Shown: positions 30,172 to 37,045 of the stretch, piece after piece
Layout: each line of letters begins with the position of its first letter
Numbering within the stretch: the stretch's first letter is position 1
IMG/VR virus record: IMGVR_UViG_3300026521_000571
Length of the DNA stretch: 43,148 bases
Origin: a virus
Lineage: Duplodnaviria; Heunggongvirae; Uroviricota; Caudoviricetes
Strand: one strand, 5' to 3'
Translations under genes and position numbers: made by a program
The notes under the pieces: model-generated
Told to the model about the DNA's origin: nothing
The model's input: the letters and a program-made list of their open reading frames with translations, nothing else
The model's database searches: none

Positions 30172-31455
30172 ATGTCAAGTACACGAAAGATTATAACAGG
30201 AGCCGCTGGCTTCATTGGAAGAAATTTAACGAAAGCAGTTCTTTTGAACTCAACACAAGATGATACTATTGTATGTATTGATATTCAAGATATGACATCT
30301 CTGGGTTTCGAAGAAGCTAATATCAATGGAGCTAATTTAATACTAATTCAAAAAAATATGAAAGATATAACACCAGATGAATACAATATAATTTTTGATG
30401 TTCAAGAGGACCAAGACGAAGAAGAACAGAAAGAGTTCTTTTTGACTCATTTGGCGAGTTCAGTCGGAGTAGATAAAATCCTAGAATCTCCCCAGGCAAT
30501 TACCGATGATCTAATAATGAACTCAAATTTAATTAATTATTTAAATAATTTACCGGATAATATAACAGGCCGTGTTGTATTTACAAGCTCCAGTGAAATA
30601 TATGGTGAGCAAACAGTCCTCGAAGAAACCACTGATCTTAAAATGCAATCACCGGAAAACTATTTAAGAGGGATATACGCAAGCCAAAAACTTATAACAG
30701 AACATCTATTTTTAAATTCTTTAATTAATTCAAAGACAGATGTAAGAATTCTTAGGTTATTTAGTATAACTGGGCGCGATCAATCAACTGATTTCGTAAC
30801 TCCGAAATTGATTGAACAAGCAGTGAATAATCAAGATATTACTATTTATGGGGATGGTTCACAATCAAGAGCATTTATGCACATCGATGACCTAATAAAT
30901 ATTATTCTTCATGAAGAGTTATTTAGCACTCTTAGTGATGGAACCGATAATAAAATTATTAACGCAGCGAACCCAAGAAATTTAACTACAATTTTTCAAT
31001 TAGCTAATTTAATAAAAACATTAACAGCAAGTTCAAGCGAAATAGTTTTTGAAGATGGACCAATCGGAGAAACATCAAGAATCCCTCAAATCAATAGACT
31101 TAATAAATTCTATAGACCTCAGATAGATCTTTCGACAATTATTAAATCAATAGTCGAGACACAATTCCCAGAAAAAGAACTCAAAGAATTGAATTCAATC
31201 AATATAAATACAACAGAAGTTCAAGAAGATGAAATTGATTACATTGAGTTCGAAATAACTGGAAATACAGAACCCGAAGCAACCATTATAATTGAATGGG
31301 CTGATTCTTCATTGGATTCAACCGAAGCTGATGCCGAAGGAAATTGGACAATCGAGGTTAAAAAATTAAAAGAAGATGTTCAAAATGAAGTGGCTACAAT
31401 TACAGCGCAATTGAATACAATTGTATTCAGCGCAATTAATTTTAGGGTTGAATAG
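30172..31455 (+). CDS. NAD-dependent nucleotide-sugar epimerase/dehydratase fused to a C-terminal bacterial Ig-like domain
   Basis: ITGAAGFIG, HLAS, FTSSSEIYG, YASQK, GDGSQSRAFMHIDD; C-terminal ITGNTEPEATIII...ADAEGNWTIEV. Confidence 0.88.
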   Translation: MSSTRKIITGAAGFIGRNLTKAVLLNSTQDDTIVCIDIQDMTSLGFEEANINGANLILIQKNMKDITPDEYNIIFDVQEDQDEEEQKEFFLTHLASSVGVDKILESPQAITDDLIMNSNLINYLNNLPDNITGRVVFTSSSEIYGEQTVLEETTDLKMQSPENYLRGIYASQKLITEHLFLNSLINSKTDVRILRLFSITGRDQSTDFVTPKLIEQAVNNQDITIYGDGSQSRAFMHIDDLINIILHEELFSTLSDGTDNKIINAANPRNLTTIFQLANLIKTLTASSSEIVFEDGPIGETSRIPQINRLNKFYRPQIDLSTIIKSIVETQFPEKELKELNSININTTEVQEDEIDYIEFEITGNTEPEATIIIEWADSSLDSTEADAEGNWTIEVKKLKEDVQNEVATITAQLNTIVFSAINFRVE

Positions 31456-31478
31456 AGTTGAATAAAACGGAGTAGATT

Positions 31479-32171
31479 ATGAATGTAATTATCGCGGCAC
31501 ATATCGATGATGTTGAAATAGGAATGGGAGGTATTCTAGATAAACTAGCCTCCTTAAAAGAAGAGACGAAAATAATTATTTTAAGTTCAGGAAGAAAGAG
31601 TCAGTCAGAAACCAACATAGTGCGAGAAGAAATCTTTAGAAAGAACATTTCATTTTTTAAAGGCCGGGAGTACTCTGGTCGCTTCGAGTGCTTTGTCAAC
31701 CCAATGCCGGTTGATTTGGAGTTCCATATTTATAGAGATCAACTAAGAGAATTTCTCGAAGGCACTTATAAAAACATTTTATTAGAAATACCAGCTGATG
31801 AAATTCTTAGAGCATTTACAGTATATCCTGATAATCATAATGATCATAAGATTGCTTCAGAATTAACGGATACTTGTGTGCGTTTGAACTCAAACCTCCC
31901 GAAAAAACCAAATTTGTATCTCAAATATTTTATTCCATCAAGTGCCGGTTTCGATATTCCGAAAAAGAATCTTTTTTATTTTAATTTCAGTTCTTTTGCA
32001 CTCAAGAAGAAGATGATTCAGAATTATAAAAATCTTTTCGATGGTCCATCGATGGATACCAAATATATTAAACTCTTCAATAAAATCCAAGGTCGTTTTA
32101 TTAATAAAAAGTTCGCGGAGGTATTTCATGCCGAATACATCAATGGATACTTTGGTAATTTATTTTCCTAG
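31479..32171 (+). CDS. PIG-L/LmbE-family N-acetylglucosaminyl deacetylase
   Basis: AAHIDDVEIGMGG and DNHNDH motifs; GGAG RBS. Confidence 0.85.
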   Translation: MNVIIAAHIDDVEIGMGGILDKLASLKEETKIIILSSGRKSQSETNIVREEIFRKNISFFKGREYSGRFECFVNPMPVDLEFHIYRDQLREFLEGTYKNILLEIPADEILRAFTVYPDNHNDHKIASELTDTCVRLNSNLPKKPNLYLKYFIPSSAGFDIPKKNLFYFNFSSFALKKKMIQNYKNLFDGPSMDTKYIKLFNKIQGRFINKKFAEVFHAEYINGYFGNLFS

Positions 32172-32820
32172 GAAGAGTTCTGTTGCAACAGAACTCTTCC
32201 GCCAGAATCCAAAAGAAGAAATTCCAGATTTAAATTCACTAAAAGAATTATATAAATACCTCAAATCTCCCAAGGCAATGAAAGTAAAAGAGATAATAAT
32301 TATTGATTTTACAAATCCTATTTTTTCGGAACGTCGATATCCTCGTAAAACTACGAACCTAAAAATTACAAAAGGTATATATAATTTTTTAAAGTATATT
32401 AACCAAACATCCCAGAATTTTCCAAAAATAAAATACGTTTTTTTATCTTCAGTAGGAGTTCTAGACCGATATTTTAATTTACCAGGAAGCTCCCAAAAAC
32501 AACTACGTTATAATCTCGATAAAAAACAGACAGAAGAGTTCTTAAGAACTCAAACGTTTATAAATTATATTATAATTAGATTACCTCTCTGTCCAGTTAA
32601 AAAAGAAAATCTCTTGATAAAAAATATAGGAAAGAGTTCAAAAGAACTCTTTAACTTAGATCTAGGGATCCCAGTACTTGCTATAAATAAAATAAAATTA
32701 TTTTTCGAGGCAATAAAAAATCCGGATAAGAGTGCCGAGGCACTCTTATCCGTCGAGTTCATTACAATCGAAGATACATCCAATCCTGAAAAAACTAAAG
32801 AATTTCTTCTGAGGAATTAA
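32128..32820 (+). CDS. Degenerate SDR/epimerase-like protein
   Basis: YVFLSSVGV, YNLDK, YIIIRLP; no GxxGxxG; start 32128 follows GGAGG. Confidence 0.55.
   Translation: MPNTSMDTLVIYFPRKSSVATELFRQNPKEEIPDLNSLKELYKYLKSPKAMKVKEIIIIDFTNPIFSERRYPRKTTNLKITKGIYNFLKYINQTSQNFPKIKYVFLSSVGVLDRYFNLPGSSQKQLRYNLDKKQTEEFLRTQTFINYIIIRLPLCPVKKENLLIKNIGKSSKELFNLDLGIPVLAINKIKLFFEAIKNPDKSAEALLSVEFITIEDTSNPEKTKEFLLRN
32171..32200. repeat. 30-bp perfect palindrome (GAGTTC-N10-GAACTC type)
   Basis: ggaagagttctgttgcaacagaactcttcc, starting at the last base of the PIG-L stop codon. Confidence 0.95.
32723..32752. repeat. 30-bp inverted repeat with GAGTGC-N4-GCACTC core
   Basis: cggataagagtgcc-ga-ggcactcttatccg. Confidence 0.9.
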
Positions 32821-34576
32821 TAGCCTCTTGGGCTAAATCTTTAAAGACATTCAATAGATGTATATTTGGTGCATCAAAAACATTAAACCCAGCTTTATGC
32901 AAAGCTAAATAACTATTTGAAATTTCAGATAGTTCACTATCCGAAAATCCAGAATTTATTTTCGAGTAATATCTTGTCCCTATTTTAATATCTCCTGTAT
33001 TTGAATCCAAATAATGTATTGTAATTTCAGGTCCTATGAAATTAAGCAACTTATTTAAAACACAATATCTGGATTCAACCCGCAGTTTATGCGAAGTGGA
33101 AATATGACTGAAGATCATTACTGCAGGCCCATCTTCCCTATGCAAAACCCCAAAAGAATACCATGTAAATTTAAGTTGAGTTCGGCCGAGGTATTTTATA
33201 ATTGCTGGCCCATTATCTCGATGCAAAACATCAAACTGGTAGAAATGAAGAGATAATTTTTTTATTCGACCAGTTGATTTAACCTGATGTATTTCAATCC
33301 TAGCCGGTCTATTATCTCGATGACACTTACCAAAAAGAAAATATTGATATCTATAAAAATTAAGATTATCTTCATATACTCTTTTTTCATAAGCAGGCCC
33401 ATCTTCTCGATGTCTATGATTAAATCTATACCATATTTTTTTAACTTGATTGATTTTTCCATAAGAATCAAATATGTAATTTAAACTCGCTGGCCCACCA
33501 ATTCGATGATGTTGACCAAATTTATACCACTTCTTAGTCACTGACAATACTCGTTGCCCAGTATTCTTTCTCGCTATAACAATACTTGCAGGACCATCTT
33601 CTCGATGCAGTAATCCAAATGAATAGAATTCCTTACGATATTCTTCATATTCCTCGGTTATAAACATTCCATGTTTTATCTTGAATTTGTCATAGATATA
33701 ATCTCTCTTGGCTGAAGCACCAAATTTAGACATATTTGATATATGCAAATCAAATGCTTTCTTTGTAAAATGAATACCAAAAAGAAAATATCTAACCTTA
33801 ACAGTCCTATTAGAGAGTACAATATATTCAGCAGGACCATCTTCTCTATGTTTATAACCAAACTGATAAAAATACATTTTTTTAATATCAGAGCCCCTTC
33901 TTTCAACTACAGTAGGACCATTCTCGTTATGCATTTTACCAAATTTATACCAATTATAAATTCTATATATGTGATCAACCACTGGATAAAAATCAATATA
34001 AGCTGGTCCATCCTCTCGATGATATTTATTAAATTGATAATAATCCTCCCTAAAATATTTGGTGTCGTCTTTAATTGAGAGTAATTTTACTGCAGGCGCA
34101 TTTTCTCTATGTTTGAAACCAAATACAAAAAACCAAATTTTAGTTTGCAAGTTCCCATAATCATCTATAACTGCAGGCCCATTTTCATTATGAAAATTAT
34201 TAAATTTTAACCATTGTTGGCTTTTTGCGTTGTTGGTTTTAGTCATGTAAAAAGGATGCTCATCACAATGATCAAAACCGAATTGACAAGGTTGTTTTGC
34301 ATCAGGAGTAATACTCATTTGGCATCCAAAAAAATTTTTAGAATCCGGAGAATCAAATTCAACAAGATAATCATGAAACCTAAGAGGCTTGTTATAATTT
34401 CTACAGAAATCAAAAAATCTCTGAAGTTCTCGATCACTTGATTCGAGATCTAAAAAATATTTTTCAATTAGATTCTCAAAACCACCTGTGAAATTTTCAA
34501 GTATTTGGTTGATATTTGGCCGTAATTTTTCAAACGGCCCAATATCAACCTCCTTTATTTCATTAAATATTTTCAT
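32795..34576 (-). CDS. HREDGPA-repeat protein (about 11 repeats)
   Basis: Repeats HNENGPA, HRENAPA, HREDGPA, HRIGGPA, HRDNGPA etc.; MORN-variant-like beta repeats. Confidence 0.85.
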   Translation of the reverse strand: MKIFNEIKEVDIGPFEKLRPNINQILENFTGGFENLIEKYFLDLESSDRELQRFFDFCRNYNKPLRFHDYLVEFDSPDSKNFFGCQMSITPDAKQPCQFGFDHCDEHPFYMTKTNNAKSQQWLKFNNFHNENGPAVIDDYGNLQTKIWFFVFGFKHRENAPAVKLLSIKDDTKYFREDYYQFNKYHREDGPAYIDFYPVVDHIYRIYNWYKFGKMHNENGPTVVERRGSDIKKMYFYQFGYKHREDGPAEYIVLSNRTVKVRYFLFGIHFTKKAFDLHISNMSKFGASAKRDYIYDKFKIKHGMFITEEYEEYRKEFYSFGLLHREDGPASIVIARKNTGQRVLSVTKKWYKFGQHHRIGGPASLNYIFDSYGKINQVKKIWYRFNHRHREDGPAYEKRVYEDNLNFYRYQYFLFGKCHRDNRPARIEIHQVKSTGRIKKLSLHFYQFDVLHRDNGPAIIKYLGRTQLKFTWYSFGVLHREDGPAVMIFSHISTSHKLRVESRYCVLNKLLNFIGPEITIHYLDSNTGDIKIGTRYYSKINSGFSDSELSEISNSYLALHKAGFNVFDAPNIHLLNVFKDLAQEAINSSEEIL

Positions 34577-34582
34577 TATCTT

Positions 34583-34942
34583 CTATCCTTCAAAAGAATA
34601 TTCATTGTTTACATTGTACTCAATCGTTTGAGTTTTTATATCAATTACAACAACGAGTTCTTTCGCCGGTCCGAGCAAATCAAACTCGGAAATGAATTTA
34701 TCAAAGTCTCCAAATAATTTATTTTTTGGAGATATAAAATCATCATTTGTAATATATTTTCTTCTTACTTCATCTGCTGTAAAATATACTCGAATTTCTT
34801 TAGTTCCATGTTGAAGTAAGTTATTTATGCTTTTTTCATCATCATTAAAAAAAGCTGCCTGGATATTTAAAAAAGTATCCTCCGAAATCTCTCTCGCTTC
34901 TAGTTTCCCATTCTCATCTAATTCAGTAATTATAAATTTCAT
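34583..34942 (-). CDS. Hypothetical protein
   Basis: 119 aa, AAGGA RBS, packed in the operon. Confidence 0.7.
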   Translation of the reverse strand: MKFIITELDENGKLEAREISEDTFLNIQAAFFNDDEKSINNLLQHGTKEIRVYFTADEVRRKYITNDDFISPKNKLFGDFDKFISEFDLLGPAKELVVVIDIKTQTIEYNVNNEYSFEG

Positions 34943-34953
34943 TTTAGTCCTTT

Positions 34954-35127
34954 TTATTTTTTAAATATATAGTTATCAACTTTCCAGAACACGATTGCTC
35001 CAAAGAATTGACCTAACATTAAATTAGCCCAAATGGACAAGCCTCGTGTTTCAAGAAACGCCATTAATGGCATCATAACCAAAGCAGATATCTGCCACCG
35101 CAAATGATAAATAAAATATTTTTGCAT
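34954..35127 (-). CDS. Small membrane protein, 57 aa (missed by the ORF track)
   Basis: MQKYFIYHLRWQISALVMMPLMAFLETRGLSIWANLMLGQFFGAIVFWKVDNYIFKK; fills the gap exactly; AAGGT upstream. Confidence 0.8.
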   Translation of the reverse strand: MQKYFIYHLRWQISALVMMPLMAFLETRGLSIWANLMLGQFFGAIVFWKVDNYIFKK

Positions 35128-35133
35128 AATAAG

Positions 35134-35808
35134 TTAAACCTTCTTTTTATATAAAATTATATCATCATATATTCCGTCGAAAGGAATATATGATTTAAAT
35201 ACATACTCCTCTTCATAAACTTCATCAAGCCAGTCGAAGAATTCATCATCGGCTGTGCAACCTCCATAACCTTCCCCAATAAGTAAAAAATGTTTAGGTA
35301 AAAGATCCTGCATCTTTTTAAAAGACTGTCCTTGATTACAATCATATGGTATCCATGAAGCTATCAAAACATCAACATTAAGTTCACTTGGACTCAAGTC
35401 CTCGAAAGCTTTGAACGCCAAATAATTTTTATTTAGGTTATCAGAAATCATTGCGCTATTTTTATCAAAACCGTAATTTACTACCGGATTCAGATCCAAA
35501 GTGTATCCAGTTCCAACACACCCTATTTTTTCATTCAAAAGCCTACTGAGATATCCGGTACCAGCATATATTTCTACGAATGATATTAAATTATATTTCT
35601 CAAAAACATCAGATATTTCTCTTAGGACTTTTTTAGTCAAGAGAGCGAATCCAAAGTTCTTGGTGTAAAAATCTGATCGAAAAGTATAACTAGCGATGTC
35701 AAATGAGCCCAGACGTCTATTGTCAACCTCGTCAGGAATTTGACCTTTGAGTAATAACTCTTTAGCTTCTTCGATCGATACCTCTTGTTTATTGAATACA
35801 TATGTCAT
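35134..35808 (-). CDS. SAM-dependent methyltransferase-fold protein
   Basis: FVEIYAGTGY motif I; VLIASWIPY; LIGEGYGGCTAD. Confidence 0.65.
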   Translation of the reverse strand: MTYVFNKQEVSIEEAKELLLKGQIPDEVDNRRLGSFDIASYTFRSDFYTKNFGFALLTKKVLREISDVFEKYNLISFVEIYAGTGYLSRLLNEKIGCVGTGYTLDLNPVVNYGFDKNSAMISDNLNKNYLAFKAFEDLSPSELNVDVLIASWIPYDCNQGQSFKKMQDLLPKHFLLIGEGYGGCTADDEFFDWLDEVYEEEYVFKSYIPFDGIYDDIILYKKKV

Positions 35809-35811
35809 CTT

Positions 35812-36105
35812 CTATTCATCAGCCTCTTTTAAAATTTTAGCATGTTCCATTAATGCAAATACCTCACCTAAAGTCAATTGTTGAGGAATTATTGTATCAA
35901 GAGTCACCTCATTAATTTCTACATCCAGATATCTTCTACTTTGAATACCTGATCTGTAATCATTAGCTAATGCATTCCACTCCTCAATTTCAGTTTCCTG
36001 AAGTCTTTTATAATCCTCAGTTTCATCTAGAGTACGAAAAACTTTTAAAGTTTCAATAACTTCATCATTGACACTATTTTCGATTTCACTTTTATAAATA
36101 TACAT
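35812..36105 (-). CDS. Acidic hypothetical protein
   Basis: 97 aa, AGGAG RBS. Confidence 0.7.
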   Translation of the reverse strand: MYIYKSEIENSVNDEVIETLKVFRTLDETEDYKRLQETEIEEWNALANDYRSGIQSRRYLDVEINEVTLDTIIPQQLTLGEVFALMEHAKILKEADE

Positions 36106-36120
36106 TTCTTCTCCTTAAAA

Positions 36121-36180
36121 AATAAAAAAAAATTAACCTATTTTAGGCACCTTGGGCGAAAGAAATCATAGCCCAGATGC
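36121..36180 (-). terminator. Possible intrinsic terminator after the nucleotidyltransferase gene
   Basis: TGGGC/GCCCA and CCTA/TAGG stems followed by a long T-run on the minus strand. Confidence 0.4.
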
Positions 36181-36860
36181 TATGATTTCTTGGATTTCTT
36201 GAATTCGTCTGGGTAGACGAATTCATATGTATTAAGCCAGAAGTCCAGGCCTTTGGCCTGATCAACATATTTCGCCATCGGTGGAATCGTTATCTTACGG
36301 CTCCCCCTCCAACCACCGAGAATATCTAACATTTTCATGTAGATATTCTCGGTGAACGTCACCTGTCGTCGGTCTAATTTCTTGAGGAGGCTGATGCCGA
36401 TGGCGACATCCTCCTCTAAAATCTTGTCACATAATGTGACCTGGAAATCGACTGGGTGGCCGGCCCAGTTGAAAACTCTATATTTATGGAGACTGGTTGT
36501 CCCCATGTATAAATAGCATCCGTTGAAGCTGCTAATCTCGAAGGTCGCCACCCCTTCGAGATATTTAATAGCAGCTTCAAAGATGCCGCTATCCGTTGTA
36601 AAGAAGTCATAATCTGACTCCTGGGTTGTCAAAGATGACCCCGCTAATCGTGACCCTGAAAGAGTTAGACCTAACTCTTTCAGGTTCATTTCAATTTTAT
36701 GCATATCCTCCAATCTGGAGATCGGGTTGATCTCCTTTTTCTCGGTGCCGTACCATGACGCACCGTTTGAAAATTCCGGGAATTCAATCCCTGAATTCTC
36801 AAAATAGTTAACAGCAGCCTCTAAATTCTTTAATAACTTTTTATCATTAATTATTTTCAT
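36180..36860 (-). CDS. Pol-beta-superfamily nucleotidyltransferase; GC-elevated, hairpin-rich gene
   Basis: LSGSRLAG...SDYDF (GS...DxD) motif plus later VDFQV; GGAGG RBS. Confidence 0.72.
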   Translation of the reverse strand: MKIINDKKLLKNLEAAVNYFENSGIEFPEFSNGASWYGTEKKEINPISRLEDMHKIEMNLKELGLTLSGSRLAGSSLTTQESDYDFFTTDSGIFEAAIKYLEGVATFEISSFNGCYLYMGTTSLHKYRVFNWAGHPVDFQVTLCDKILEEDVAIGISLLKKLDRRQVTFTENIYMKMLDILGGWRGSRKITIPPMAKYVDQAKGLDFWLNTYEFVYPDEFKKSKKS

Positions 36861-36881
36861 TATGTCCTCCTTACGGAAATA

Positions 36882-36987
36882 ACACCCAATGAAAAGGGCT
36901 GCAGCATTACCTGCACTATAATATGTCTATTTTAGACAACCTTAAAGAACTTACCCGATGTAAGTTCAATAATATTATTTATATACT
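36882..36987. repeat. 106-bp direct repeat, copy 2 (divergent intergenic region)
   Basis: Matches 30008-30113 with 5 mismatches. Confidence 0.95.
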
Positions 36988-37045
36988 AACTGAAGTAATT
37001 CTAAAAAACAAAGGATTCATGCAACATCAAGATATAGGAAAATAA

